A stretch of 64,000 nucleotides of DNA from Vicugna vicugna (Eukaryota). The position numbers and the translations under genes were made by a program. Location: assembly GCA_013265495.1 (NCBI GenBank), contig MU058037.1:374001-438000 (forward strand), read 5' to 3'. Of the stretch, positions 27,421 through 41,329 are shown one piece after another (the first letter of the stretch is position 1; every line of letters begins with the position of its first letter). The notes beneath the pieces are model-generated. The model was not told the DNA's origin, searched no databases, and worked only from the letters and a program-made list of their open reading frames with translations.

Positions 27421-28989
27421 CGAGCTCCACGAAGCAAACTTAAACAGATTTCCTGACTACACACAAGGGCGATTAACAATAGGCTGGAGAAACATGGGGA
27501 AGGCAAGAAAAGGAAAGCATTTCCAATAAACATATTCAGTTGTGATAATCTGGGATAAAAAAGGCAATCCGGTGTGACAGAAGTTTTTATTGCCTTCCTC
27601 AGGGGCTTCAGAACTGCTTGTACTTGATAAAACCATTCAGACTAAGGATTTGGGACAAGGGCTTATGCTCAATTTTTTGTAGTGTGCATTACCATTGAGA
27701 GAGAGAGCAGGTGACTGAAGTCTTTTAGTAAGAATCATTGTAGGGGAAGAGAAACACAAATGACAATGTTAACAACTGCCAGACTTCTCTTTGGGAGTTT
27801 ATTGATATTCCTAAATGATGGGAGTAGAAAATTGATGGAAGAAAAGGCAACAGACTTTAAGGGTGGATTAATTTGGCATCTTGTTTTTCTGTCAATCTCA
27901 TTATAGCACTTGACAGGAAAATAGATGTATTTGATGGCATTTACTCTTTTCAACACAGCCATTACTTCAGAAATATTATCACTTTTGATTTTTCAATTTT
28001 TGTTGAAATGGTGTTTGATATAGTTTTGTTCTCATTATGGAGTCTCTGTCTCAATTTGCTGAAAAAGATTGCAACCCCAGTGAAGTATGGCAGAAAATTA
28101 ATTGATGTGTGTGGCTATTTAAGGATCATTCAGGGAGAACATCAAGTGGTATTTTCTAGACTCTCTGACTTTGATCTGAATATTCTCTTCCTGGAATGAC
28201 ACAGATTTTGTCATTTTGGATGGCAGCTGTGAGTTAAATCCTGGGAATTTTTGAGACTTGCATGTCATGCAGCTCAGACAGGCTGGGGTCCTCACAGATG
28301 GGCTAGTGGGGAGGAGAGGCAACTGAAAGAAAGAGGAATGGAGGTGGGGAAACTAGCTTGGCTACTAAGGATGACTCCAAAAGAGAGTCAGGCTTTCTAA
28401 TATGCAGTGTCCAAAAAGCATGCTTATCTTAGGCCAGGTCCAGTTACATGGTGGATAAAGTTGTTCTAATCCTATAGCTGTAATTTATTCAGCTGGCAAT
28501 ATAAGATGTCTGGTATAAGCAGCTGCTATGGTTCAGGCAACTTGCCAGTCAGAGCCTTGAGATGATCCAGCATTCAGGAACAAGTAATTGGTGAGGTGTC
28601 AGGACCCCACCTAAGCAGGCTGTGGATCAGGGTGGGATTTTGTTGCCAATGGAAAATGGGAGTGTTGGGCAGAAGGAAACAGGATGAAACTTTACTATGT
28701 GGACTCTTGCAGTATGGGCTGGGGCTTACATGAAGCAGAGCACATGTGGTATACTTGTTAGTGTCTCAGTGACAGCAAGGCTGTTTCCAGCCCCAGTGGA
28801 AGAAGGTAGGCCAAGGTTACTGGTAAAATTCATGCCATTATCAGGCCTTATGGAGGAGCCAGCTTTTGATGAGTCCAGGTTGGGGTGTCTGGGAAAGACA
28901 GGGGCTGATACCCACTCACATACGGGGCCAGCAATCATCATTGTATGTAACCAGATCCAGACAGTAAGACCCAATAGAGTGTAATGATC

Positions 28990-29205
28990 ATGAGCAGACT
29001 GTATCATATAGATCGAAATTGGAATTTCACTTCTACTTATTATTTGTATGACATTAAGTTACTTAAGTGCTCTGTGCCTCAGTTTCCTCTGTTGTAAAAT
29101 GGGGTTAAAATGATAATCTATCTCCTATGGTGTTTGTGAGGGTAGAGTGAGACAATTCACATCCCGTGCCCATAATAACACATCAATAAGTGTTAGCTAT
29201 TCTTA
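28990..29205. mobile_element. MIR SINE
   Basis: aagttacttaagtgctctgtgcctcagtttcctctgttgtaaaatgggg...tcaataagtgttagctatt. Confidence 0.75.
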
Positions 29206-29329
29206 CTGATGCTTGTATTAAAGTAGTCCTTCCAATTCTGGTCAGTGATTTTGTCAGGCTTTGATCTAGCTAGAAAGATAGAATGTTTTCAGTTAAGTCA
29301 GCTCAACGTGGTACAGTATGAAATAATAC

Positions 29330-29486
29330 CTTGCTACTCAGTAAGGTCAGCAAACCAGCAGCATCACCTGAGAATTTGTTAAAAAGGCAGAATCTCAGGC
29401 TTGTTTCCAGTACTCCTGAATCAGAATCTGCAGTTTTATAAGGTCTGCCAGATAATTCCTGCATATGTTAAGATTTGAGAAGACCT
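29330..29486. mobile_element. MER5-type element, target of the adjacent L1 insertion
   Basis: cagcagcatcacctgagaatttgttaaaaaggcagaatctcaggc...tgaatcagaatctgca...tttgagaag. Confidence 0.7.
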
Positions 29487-31380
29487 ATGATGAAGGAGGC
29501 TAGAATATACAATGGGGAAAAGACAGCCTCTTACATAAGTGGTGTTGGGAAAACTGGACAGCTACATGCAAAATAATAAAACTGAATTACTTTCTCACAG
29601 CATGCACAAAAATAATTTTAAAATGGATTAAAGACTTAAATGTAAGATCTGAAACCGCAAAACTTCAAGAAGAAAACATAGACAGTATGCTCTTTGGCAT
29701 CATCTTAGTAAAAGTTTTTTGATACATCTTCTAACGCAAAGGAAACAAAACCAAAAATAAACAAATGGGACTACATCAAACTAAAAAAGCTTTTACACAG
29801 TGAAGGAAACTATCAACAAAACAAAAAGCCTGCCTACCAAATGGGAAAACATTTTTGCAAACAATTTATCTGATAAGGGTTAATATCCAAAATATACAAA
29901 GAACTTATCCAACTCAACATCAGAAAATTAACAACCTGGTTAAAAAATGGGCAGAGGATCTGAATAGACATTTTTCCAAAGAAGGCATACAGATGGCCAA
30001 CAGGCACATGAAAAGATGTTCAGCATCACTAATCATCAGGGAAATGCAAATCAAAACCACAATGAGATATCACCTCATACCTGTCAGAATGGCTATTGTC
30101 AATAAGACAACAAATAACAAATGTTGGTGAGGCTGTGGAGGAAAGGGATCCCTCCTACACTGTTGGTAGGAATATAAATTTTCTGTATGGAGAGTCCTCA
30201 AAAAATTAAAAATAGAACTACTATCTGATCCAGCAATTCCACTCCTGGGTATTTATCTGAAGAAAATGAAAACACTAATTTGAAAAGATACATGTACTCT
30301 TACATTAAGTGCAACATTATTTACAACAGCCAAGATATGGAAGCAACCTAAGTGCCCATCAATAGGTGAATGGATAAAGAAGAGAAAACTGAGGAATAAA
30401 GAATTTATTATTTTTCCCAAGGTCACATAGCTAACTCCTGAGCTCCACAAAGCAAACTCAGACAGATTTGAGTGTGTACAAATAGACACACACACACACA
30501 TTTATATTTATATCTAAGATACATGGTGGAATATTACTCAGCCATAAAAAAGCGAAACCTTGTCATTTGCAGCAACATGGATGAACCTAGAGGGTATTAT
30601 GCTAAGTGAATTAAGTCAGATAGAAAAGGTAAATACTGTATGGTTTCAGTTATATATAGAATCTTAAAAAACAAAGCAAATGACAAACATGACTAAACAG
30701 AAACAGAGTCATAGATACAGAGAGCAAGCAGATGGTTGCCAGAGCGGAAGGGGTGAGGGGAGAAGAGAAATAGATGAGGGAGACTAAGAGGTACAGACTT
30801 CTAGTTGCTAAATAAATGAGTCACGGGTATGAAATATACAGTGAAAGGAATATACCCAATAATTATATAATACTTTTGTGTGGTGACAGTAACTAGACTT
30901 ATCATAGGGATCATTTTGAAATGTATAGAAACATTGAATCACTATATTTTGTACCAGGAACTGACATAGTGTTGTAGGTTAATTATACTTAAGAAAACAA
31001 CAAAAGATCTCATAGAAAAAGAAATCAGATCTGTGGTTACCAGAAGTGGGGATGGTGGGAGGAGAAATTGAATGAAGGCAGTCAAAAGGTACAAAAACTT
31101 CCAGTTACAAGATAAATAAGCACTAGGGATGTAATGTACAGGATGGCAAATATAAATAACACTGCTGTCTGTTATATATGAAAGTTGTTATGAGAGTTCT
31201 CATCACAAGGGGAGAATTTTTTTCTAGTTTAAAAATTTTTATCTGTATGAGATGATGGATGTTCACTAAACTTACTGTGGTAATCATTTCATGATGTACA
31301 TAAGTCAAATCATTGTGCTGTACTCCTTAAGTTTATACAGCACTGTATCTCAATTATGTCTCACTAAAACTGGGGAAAAA
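29487..31380 (+). mobile_element. 5'-truncated L1 (ORF2 C-terminus + 3' UTR) with 16-bp TSD
   Basis: ORF 29855-30130 reads [45 protein letters not shown], the L1 ORF2 C-terminus. TSD agatttgagaagacct (29471-29486) / agatttgagaagatct (31381-31396). Confidence 0.92.
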
Positions 31381-31732
31381 AGATTTGAGAAGATCTGGAC
31401 AGTAGATTACCTTAAGATTTTATATCCTGTTTTCACCAATTATTGGCTGTATAAAGTTGTTCAAGTCACTTAAATAATCGAATTCCCCATCTATAAAAAT
31501 ACAATAATATATGTTACGATTGTGAAGAGTATATGAAATAACATGTTAGAGTCAATTCTCTTACGAGGTACAGGCAGTCCAATCTCTGATTTCTAGGAAA
31601 AAATAATGACAAGTAAATTTCAGGGCTTCAGGTGTGGTCAGCCATTGCTAGGCCTTTGACTTTGCAGGTCCCTCACCATGATCCTAACACAAGGAGCAGC
31701 AGAGCTCTAGTGAACTAAATAAACTAAGTAAT

Positions 31733-31874
31733 TTCTTTTTTTTCCAGCTTTATTGAGGTATAATTGACAAATAAATTTGTACATATTTAAGGTATACAAG
31801 TGGTAATTTGATATGCGTATATATTGCAAAGTAATTACCACAGTCAAGTTACTTAAGACATCCATCACCTCACA
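31733..31874 (-). mobile_element. Short L1MA-type 3' end
   Basis: ttttttccagctttattgaggtataattgacaaata...catccatcacctcaca. Confidence 0.8.
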
Positions 31875-31904
31875 AAGGTGATATGCATTCCAAAGTGATT
31901 ATAA

Positions 31905-32105
31905 ATAGGAGTCAGCAAACTTTTTCTGTAAGGGCCACATAGTGACTGTTTTTGGTTTTGTAGGCCACATGGTCTCTGTTGTGACTACTCAACTCTGCCC
32001 TTTTAGTGAGAAAGCAGCTGCAGCCGTTATGTAAATGAATAGGCATAGTTGTGTTCCCAAAAAGAAAATAATGTACAAAACAGGTAACATGGTGGACCAG
32101 ATTAT
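31905..32105. mobile_element. MER58A-type hAT element
   Basis: ggagtcagcaaactttttctgtaagggccacatag...gactactcaactctgcc. Confidence 0.75.
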
Positions 32106-33318
32106 AAGGAAACAAAAGGGAAATCTGAGGCAGCTCTTGAAGTTCATTCCAAGCTTTTCCCTCGAGGTCTCTGGGAACCTAAAAAGGAAGCAGAGATGAT
32201 CATAGCATTGGCTGCCTCTTTGAACTGAGAAGTGTGGCGTGAGGAGGAGGATACAGCTTTTGAGTGAGATGAGTATTGCCTCTCAGTTACCACCAAGGTT
32301 GTGCTTGGGAGTGGATCTATTCCTGGGGCAATGCCTCCTCGTTCACTGTTCACTTATGCCTAGAGTCTTCCTGGCCCCAGTTTACTCTGCTAAAAACTTG
32401 CCAGAGAGTCACATCATCTTCCCTGGAAAAAAAAAAAAAAAACCTTTGAACAGTGTGGCTCATACATAGATGATTTTTCCATAGCCACACATTGCAGATC
32501 CCATTGGCTCCAAATATGAGTCTTTGGTAAAGGGTAACTAAGCAAGGGAGTGTATTGTCATAAAACTGCATGTTTCTAGTTGGCAGGCCTGCTGGACTTC
32601 TATGCCTCTGTCCTTTCCTGTTCAAAGTTAAGCAGATAACCCGAGGGCCGTAGAAGGATTGACCCAGTTATATAATCAATATCTTAGACTTCAGTAAATT
32701 TATGTTAGGAATTGGACTGCCATTGTATCCAGGGGATTCTGGGAGATGGTTGGGTCTTGCAGCAGGAATCTCTGGGTTGTAATTTTCTTTGCAGGGGAAT
32801 TGATTGAGATTGAGGCAGAGCCTGAGCAAGTGGAAAGACCAGGCTCCAGATCTTCAGGAAGGGAAATTGGCAAGGGATTCTGGCCCCCACGCCAAGGTGC
32901 AGCAAACCCAGTATTGGAGCTGAAGCTCTGGAACAGGGAATGATGAGTATGCCAGTGGGAGCCGGGGGACAGCTGCAGCTCCAGGAGGATCCAGGTACTA
33001 CCATCAAGCGTGTTTTCATTGAAGACAGATTGTAAGGCTTCTATGTCCACTATGGGATGTGGGAGTATCAAGTAGGGACAGGCTGGCACAAAGTCCCAAA
33101 TTTGTATACATAATTTGAGCTTTTCTACATTACTGAATACTGTAAGTTACTATATATATTTTAAGTCTCATAGCTTTGCCTACTCCTTCAAAGATTGCTG
33201 AGGATATTGTGTTTGGTAAGAAAAAGGGAAATTCACCCATGTGAGTGCTCAGTGGGCTTTTGTTTAGAGGGTTTGCGAAAACCTGTTGCATTGTAAAGGC
33301 TGGGTACTCTTGGGATTG

Positions 33319-33950
33319 TGTATCAGTCAGGGTCCAGTGAGGAGGCAGAAACCTCATCGTTTATTTTAACAGAAAAAATCTGTACCTAGGTCTAAAGAAT
33401 TCTTAAAAATGTGTAACATTGTTAACTAAGACACTAACCAGGGGAAAAGAAAACACTAAGGAGTCAGAGGAGGAAAAACTATTGGAAACAACACGAAACC
33501 TCTGGGGCTTGGGAAACAAAAAGAAGTTGGAATTCTTAAAACTTATTTTTAAAATTTAGCAGCTCAGAGGAGGAGGACCTCAGTGGAGTTAAAAGTACAT
33601 CTCTGAAGATGGCTGGTTCTGATGTTTCTGAGGGGAGAGTGATAAAGCTAGTTCAACTAGGTTTGGGAAAACCGCAAACTGCATCCAGCTGCTGTCACGG
33701 GAGGGCACTACCACTACAGTGGAGAAGAAATGTTAGTGGAGAAATCCTCAAGGGAAGCAGACAGGACAGAGCACGCCCCTCCTCCTTCCTCCAGTGCTGC
33801 AGGCCCCTCCGGAGCCTAATAAGTCTCCAGCCAGCAAAGCAAAAATGTGGTTGCAGAGTCCCAGCCCCCACATCACAGCTCAGCCCAGCTCCCAGCCCGA
33901 AGAGGGGAGCAGTTAGGAACTGAGAGAGAATGCATTAATAACCCACAGTG
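33319..33950. mobile_element. Old ERVL-class solo LTR
   Basis: Begins tgtatcagtcagggtccag...gcagaaac, a typical ERVL/MaLR LTR terminus; subfamily not determined. Confidence 0.5.
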
Positions 33951-34845
33951 CTTGTTGGATTTTCTGGGACAAGCTTTGTTGGTTTGCTGGGCCTGTCTGT
34001 CCACTGAGATGAGAAATGACTCAGGAGAACCTTCCCAGTTTCTCTATCATGCTCCCTCCCAGCACCTCTGCAGTGATCCAGAAAGTCCCATCGTGGGTGC
34101 TCAGGAAGCTGTGGAGTGACTAACTGGCAAGATGAAATTAGGACTCTGGAATTCTCTGTCCCTGGTGATGGGAATGAATGCAAGGACAAAATTTTCTACC
34201 CAGAAGAGTAAAATTCATGCTACTTTAGCCCACACACGATCCGGTAAAAAATGACTACATGGCAAACTTCACTGTAGTCAGAGCAAACGTTCGATTATGT
34301 GACAAGAAAATCAGAGGCAATGATTTCTGCTGGGGAGCTCTTTAGAATGACACACATGCTAGAATGTGTTCTACCTCTTTCAGAAATTCCGAACAGTCAG
34401 AGCTCCATTTCCTACATTACCGTTCAAAGAGAGTAACCATTCTGAGATAACCATGAGTTCTTTGCAGCCCATACGTACAGGGAATACTGTGAAAGAGAGA
34501 GAATCTGCTTATAGCACTGAATTGAGTTGAAGCCAATTGGAAATGGTAAGAGCTAGAGAATGTAAGACCACTTATAACAGACTGAGAGTTTTGTAGAGTT
34601 AAACAGCTCTACAGTCTGTTACAAAGAGGAGACCATTCTAAATTGCTATGTAAATAAGCAAAGGGCATGGAAGTAATGCCTCATAGACCCAAACACTGAG
34701 AGCAGGACTGAAAGAGCACCGGCTAAGGCCTTCACCTTTCCTTTTTTGAGGAGCAGTTGGAGTTCATGCCAGATTTATCGTGCATATTATTTACTAGTGT
34801 GTATGTATTTGCTTACATCAATTAATTGTTTTATAAAGCAGACAT

Positions 34846-35230
34846 TGGGGTTTTTTTTTTTAGCATTTTTTAAAAATTGAAGTATAGTTGATTTACAATG
34901 TTGTATTAGTTTCTGGTATAGCAAAGTGATTCAGTTATACACACACACACACACACACATACATATCTTTTTCATCATAATTTATTATAGGATATTGAAT
35001 ATCGTTCCCTGTGCTATACAGTATAAACTTGTTTATCTATTTTTTATATAGTAGTTAGTGTCTGCAAATCCCAAACTCCTAGTTTATCCCTCCCTGACTC
35101 CCTTTCCCCTTTGGTAACCGTAAGTTTGTTTTCTATGTCTGTGAGTCTGTTGCTGCTTTGTAAATAAGTTCATTTGTATCATATTTTAGGTTCCACATAT
35201 AAAAGAGATCATACGGTATTTGCCTTTTTC
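34846..35230 (-). mobile_element. Artiodactyl-type L1 3' end with (CA)n and 14-bp TSD
   Basis: T tail followed by ttgaagtatagttgatttacaatgttgt. TSD tataaagcagacat (34832-34845) / tataaatcagacat (35231-35244). Confidence 0.88.
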
Positions 35231-36876
35231 TATAAATCAGACATCATTAATTGCTGTTATTTGCGCAGTCTATTTTTCTTGACCTCATTTTTTGCCTTTC
35301 AACCCTTTCAACACATCTAGTTTATCTTTTGAGAAGTGATCTTACAAGTTCAGGAAAATTACGTTCAGTCCCAGACTCTCTGTGTGGAATAAATTCAGAT
35401 TAATTTTTTCTCTACTATGTTGTAATCACAGCTCCTCTTAATATACACTGATTTCCTCAATTCTAGCTGGCTCTGCATCATGGTTTTTCAGATAACTCAT
35501 TATTGATTCTCATTCCTGCCTTTATTACCTAACTGACCCTTTTTCAGACAGCAGCCCTGTTTGATTATACCTTCTGCCCTGTGACAAGAGGTACGGAGCG
35601 CATGCCCATTCCAGTGGATCCGTGCCCCAGCTCAAGTCAGAGGTGTGGCATCAGACATTTCTTAAATCATCCCTCTTTAATCTCAATATAAGCTCAAGGA
35701 AGAGTAGCTGCATTCCTTGTTCTGTCACCCATGACAGCTGCAGTTAAGTTCTAATGCCCTGAATGAGGAAACCAAGTAACAGTTGCCCCCTACAGGACAG
35801 TATCTAAATTATGTATATTCAGTATTGATCTGCCACATAACACACTGCATTGCATCAGTGATATGTGTGGCTGCAGGCAACATGGAAGGAGAAGCAAACG
35901 CCTCTAATTCCGTGGGTAGTAAGGAAATCCTATTCACTTTGTGTTCCTGTGCTCTCCTAAAGCTTGGGAGCATTTTTTCAGGACCACATGAAATTGGACT
36001 CACTGGAATTGCTAAGAGCACAAATGATGTCAGAAATGGAAAATGCAGTTTCCAGGGAAAGCAGTGATATATGGGCCAGTGTAATAATGGCAAGTTTGGT
36101 CTGCAATGTGAAGTGTCATTCCTGAAATGAAAAACTAAAGATTATGCACCATCAATTGGTTAGCTGGAGTGTTAGGATTGCCTGAAAAGGTTAGGAATTA
36201 CTGAGTTAGATCATAACCGTGGGATAAAAATGAAAACTATGGAAGGATAGGCAGAGTAAAGACAATAAACATTTTTTATTTGATGACATGGTCTTGCAAA
36301 GAAAAACTTTTGGACAGAAATAGGGGGAGTAATGTCCAGAAGAGTATAATTTTCTCTGCATATTTGCCTGTTTCTTGACAATGTTTCTGATAGGTAGCAA
36401 TGGAGACTAAGGCAGAGTGGATTTCCAACGTATGCTGGGTGCACAGAGAGCTCCTTTATAAAGCATCATAACAGGCTGCTTCAAGTCTCAAGGTCAAGAC
36501 CGCTAAGAATAATGAGATGATGTGAATCCATGTTAGAAATACAAGTGCATATAATTCAAAGAGCAGGGGACCAAATTAGGTTTTCTTTTCTTTATGGAGG
36601 GACACAGGTGAAATAATGAAGATTTTGTCATTTTTAGCTATACTGTATGTCCCAGGTAGGATGAGGTTAAGTCTCACTTACTTGTTTTATGGAGAGGCAG
36701 CATGCCTTGCCCCTCAAATTTCAGGGTGAATTGTTCAGTTCAATGACTCATTCACTAAAAAAACCATTACTCATGTTGTCTATGTGCTTAGACTTGTGTT
36801 AGAGAACGTCACACTCTCTGTCCAAGAAGAACTTCTCCCCTGTAAATTGTGGGGCTGTAATTGTTCTTTACATTTT

Positions 36877-36926
36877 TTAAAAACATTTTTTATTCAGTTA
36901 TAGTCATTTTACAATGTTGTGTCAAA
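36877..36926 (-). mobile_element. Extremely 5'-truncated L1 tail (~50 bp) with degenerate TSD
   Basis: ttttttattcagttatagtcattttacaatgttgtgtcaa flanked by tgttctttacatttt (36862-36876) / tgttttttgcatttt (36927-36941). Confidence 0.7.
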
Positions 36927-37566
36927 TGTTTTTTGCATTTTGTAATTGATGAGATACCTATGAAGCTGAGTATGTTGCTCAAGACCTTTGCAGTTCTTAG
37001 TTCGTATTTTCCTAACTGGATGAAGCATTTGAGGATCATATATACCCATTACTTCGGCTTTATGGACTGAATGTGTTTGGCTTAGAAGTGAACATAAGTT
37101 ATCTGGTGGGAGATATACCTAGATATTGGATCACACTACCAAAAACAGGGATCTACTGATTTCATTTTGCTGCCCACAATGGTCAATTAGTTGTGGCTGC
37201 CTCCAAGGGCTGACTGAGGAGAATTAATTATTAGGGCTCTGATTGATTTCTGGTGTCTGTCACATGTTAGTGAGGTAAGGCAGCACATGAACACCGTGTA
37301 TTTGCTCATCTCTGTCCTAAAGGAAAGCACCTAACTGGGCAGTTTGATAAAAAGCCTGGCTGCTGAAGAGTTATATTAGATAAACTTGGTAAGCCTTTCC
37401 CAATGACCCTAACTGCTTGTTCTCTGGATATTATGGGGCATGAAAGAACCATCAATATTTTGAACATGAAAATTATATACTGTTCATTGAACAATCCTAC
37501 TTAGTGCTGTAATGGCCCAGTAATTTTTAACCTTGTTGCAAAGGAGATAATCAAAAGTTAATGACC

Positions 37567-38360
37567 GTTTGTAATAAATGCTGGAGACGGTGTGGAGAAA
37601 AGGGAAGCCTCCTACACTGTTGGTGGGAATGTAATTTGGTACAGTCACTATGGAAAACAGCATGGAGATTCCTTTAAAAAATTAAAAATAGACTTACCAT
37701 ATGACCTAGCAATCCCACTCCTGGGTATATATCTGGAGAAAACTCTAATTTAAAAAGATACATGCACCCCAATGTTCATAGTACCACAATTTACAATAGC
37801 CAAGACATGGAAACAACCTAAATGTCCAACAACAGGTAACTGGATAAAGAAGTTGTGATATATTTATACAATGGAATACTACTGAGCCATAAAAAGAATA
37901 AAATAATGCCATTTGCAGCAACACGGATGGACCTGAAAGATCGTCATCCTAAGTGAAATAAGCCAGAAAGAGAAAGAAAAATACCATATGATATCACTTA
38001 TATATGTAATCTTTAAAAAAAAGTACAAATGAACTTATTTGTAAAAGATACAGCCTCACAGACATAGAAAACAAACTTATGGTTACTGAGGGGTGAAAGG
38101 GGTGGGGAGGGTTAAATTGGGAATTCAGGATTTGTAGATACTAACTACTATATATAAAATAAAGAATAAGGTGCTACTATAGAGCACAGGGAACTATATT
38201 CAATACCTTTTAATGGCCTATAATGAAAAAAATGTGAAAAGCTATCTATCTATCTATCTATCTATCTATATATAAAACTGAATCACTATGCTGTACACCA
38301 GAAACAAGTACAACATTGTAAATCAACTATACTTCAATTTAAAAAAGAGAGAATTTTTTA
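37567..38360 (+). mobile_element. Relatively young artiodactyl-type L1 3' end with 14-bp TSD
   Basis: aataaatgctggagacggtgtggagaaaagggaa...aacattgtaaatcaactatacttcaattt plus A tail. TSD aaaagttaatgacc (37553-37566) / aaaagttaatggcc (38361-38374). Confidence 0.92.
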
Positions 38361-39479
38361 AAAAGTTAATGGCCAAAATATTTTAAAGGAACCAAGTAAC
38401 GTGTTGCTCTAGCAATAAGTTTGTACATGACAGTGAGAACTCAAACTGCAAAATACCTCATAGGGGTTGATATTTTGAAAGCTTTGTTTTTATTGAGAAC
38501 CACAGTTCATGGGAAGAAAATTTAAAGCAAAATATGTGATGAATGCTGTCTAATATTCCGATCTGTATAACATAATCTAATACATGAATGAAAAAATGAG
38601 GGAATGTCTGGCAAAAGATATGGCAGAGGGCTTTCCTTCTTGGCTTGCCTCACAGTGCTCTCTCCTCATGGGACTTCTCTGATTAATTGGATTGCATGTC
38701 CTGATGGAATAAGCCACTTTCCAGCCTTGTCTTTCCTTGAGAAGAGAGAATCTCTTTCTTGTTGAAGGAAAGATATTGATTCTATTTATGTCTGTATTTC
38801 CAACATGTCTGTTGTGTGTCAGAAAATCATCCAGCATAGGAAATAGGAGAACGTTAAAAATGTCCTTTTTAAGAACCCTAGTGAGAACAAAATTTGGCAC
38901 AGTAAACCCTATTGTTCCTCCCTGCTTTTATTTATCAAGGAGTAACTCGTATCTTGGGGTATCAGTAAAGGTGTATAAAACCAGAAGTCCTCTGGAAATG
39001 AGACAGTGAAGATTGCCAGCTGAAATCTTCATGGCAGAAGGAAGCAGGCCCCAAAGGCAGCGTTTTCTTGAACTCAGGGATGTTTCCCTGGTGAAGGGGA
39101 TTAGATGAAAACTTACGACCAGCATGTCCTACTTCTGGCTTATTGGAAGAAAGTGTAGTAGTAGTCTGTATTATGTGGAACAATGAAGTATTTTGATGAA
39201 AAAGGCATTTTGAAAAAGCAGTTTTGTTATGGTGAGGTACTATGGCTGTCCGTAAAGCTGGGGTGATTGGGGAGAGTCTGCTTAATGAGTAGCTAAGTTG
39301 GATTTACTTAATAACATTTGCAGACATACGGCTAACGTGACCTGGGGGGAATAACTCCGTAATTTATCATGCCCCTGTGGCCCTTTTTGTCAGGTGCCGA
39401 GGGGAAAGTATAATGGTATGTTTTTCACATTAAGGGTTGTTGGTAGACAAATAATCAAGTTCCTCGGTGGTTTATTTCG

Positions 39480-39682
39480 TAGGGAACTCCTGGAGTTCCC
39501 AAGAGAGATTTTGCCTGGGTCAGCCATAGAGGAAACATGACTGATAGTGCTTTATTACATACTTTCCCTTCCCTGCCTACTTTCTTCATTCTATTACCAA
39601 GGTTTCCTAGGATCACCTCCTACAATACACTCATACTTGCGTATCTGTCACAGTCTGCTTCCAGAGGAACCCAAACAAAAGA
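39480..39682 (+). mobile_element. LTR16-like ERVL LTR 3' part
   Basis: ggatcacctcc...gtctgcttccagaggaacccaaac terminus. Similar LTR16-like ends occur at ~42450-42725 and ~46960-47260. Confidence 0.55.
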
Positions 39683-39699
39683 TGCATATCAATAAAAAA

Positions 39700-40115
39700 A
39701 TACATTGCATGAGACTGAGAAGGGGGATGAGGAAATACAGTTTAGGATGAGAGACCTGAGGGTTTTATTTTACTATAAACTTAATATGAATCACTGTGAT
39801 GTGGGAGAAGAAATTATTCACATCTCACATTCCAAAAATGGAAAACCAGTGTCCAGATCAAGTGAGGTTTTACACTTATTATCGTTCAAGCTGTATGTGT
39901 GAGTAAGACCAGGTCCCTCAGTTTAAGAACAGCATCACCGAGTGAGGTTAAAAGATAAGGATACCATGTCACCTAAGGAAGTGTTAAGGGAATTGGAGAC
40001 ATTCATCCTGTAAAAGAAAAAAAAAAAAAGAAAATGTGAGATATCAGAGCTATCCTGTAATTGTAAAAGAAGAAGAAGTGAGCTTGTTTTGAATTGTTCA
40101 GTCAAAGAAGGACTG
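39700..40115 (+). mobile_element. L3/CR1 fragment
   Basis: gacctgagggttttattttactataaacttaatatgaatcactgtgatgtgg...ggaattggagacattcatcctg. Confidence 0.55.
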
Positions 40116-41329
40116 ATGAGGGGCTCAGAGAAGGGAATTAAACACTCGTAGTATATTTGGAATGAGACAAGCATGACTTGGAATCTCTCGTAGACAGTTT
40201 ACTAAGCACACTTGCTGAGCTTGTGTTTTCTCATTTGGAAAAAGGAATAATACTACTACCTCCTGGGGTTGAACATACAGCGCCCAGTACCTTATCCCCC
40301 TTCGCAAACTGAATAATAACTGAAGATTGCAAATAATGGCCTTGTTAGCCTTGTGAAGGAAAACCTGTAACAATCAGTGTTTACATAGTGCCTAAATCTG
40401 TAATATATATTGTGTATCAAAATCTTTTGATTGAGAGAATCCATTCCTGGCTCAAGATTCTCTTATTTTAAGAAGGTAGGTATACTTAAAGCATCCATGT
40501 ATTCACATTAGGAAATGCAATCGTTTCATGCCATCTTTATTGCCATTGTGTGCCATGGCCATTTGTGGCCATTTTTGTAATCTGTCACATATTTTTGTCC
40601 TTCCTTGTCTAATTGGCTGACATGTCTTTTAATGAGCCACATACCTAGAGCCAGGTGGTTGCTACCCGACCTTCCCTTCAGAGCTAAGGCCCTTTGTGGG
40701 ATCGTTCCCTGCTTCCAGATCATTTTAGCTCTGACTCTGGAGAAAGAAACAACAGAAACCATTTTTTTGTATCACTCCTCCCAGTTTTCCCATCTCAGGT
40801 AATAGCAACTCCACTCACCGTTTCCTCCATTCAGAAGACTCTTCCTGCAGATACCTTCTTGAATGAAGTAGCAGCAGGAGTGAGTGCAAAGGCCCTGAGG
40901 CAACAGTGTACCTGGCTGGTTACAAGAAGAGGCTAGTGTGACTGGAGTGAAGTGAGCTACGGGGAAAGAGGTGCAAGATGGAGCTGGGAGGTAGCTGGAG
41001 GACAGAGCAAATGACAGGTCCACAGAGACACCTTCCCAACTCTTATCTAAAACGGTGTCCCCACCCCCTCTATCACTTGCTAATGCTCTCACCCCCTTGA
41101 CGTTCCTTCTCTGCACTTAACACTGTCTGGTATGTTTTGGGTTTCTTATTTGCTTAGATTTTTCTTCACATCTATATGTAAGCTTTATGGGAGTAGATAC
41201 TTTTATTCTTTTTATCATTTATATATTCCCTAAACCCAGAACAGTGGCAGACCATGGTAAGCAATCAACAAATAATTATAAAACATAAAATGTGTGTTGA
41301 TCCTAAAGATCTATCAGGGTCTTGAGAAT

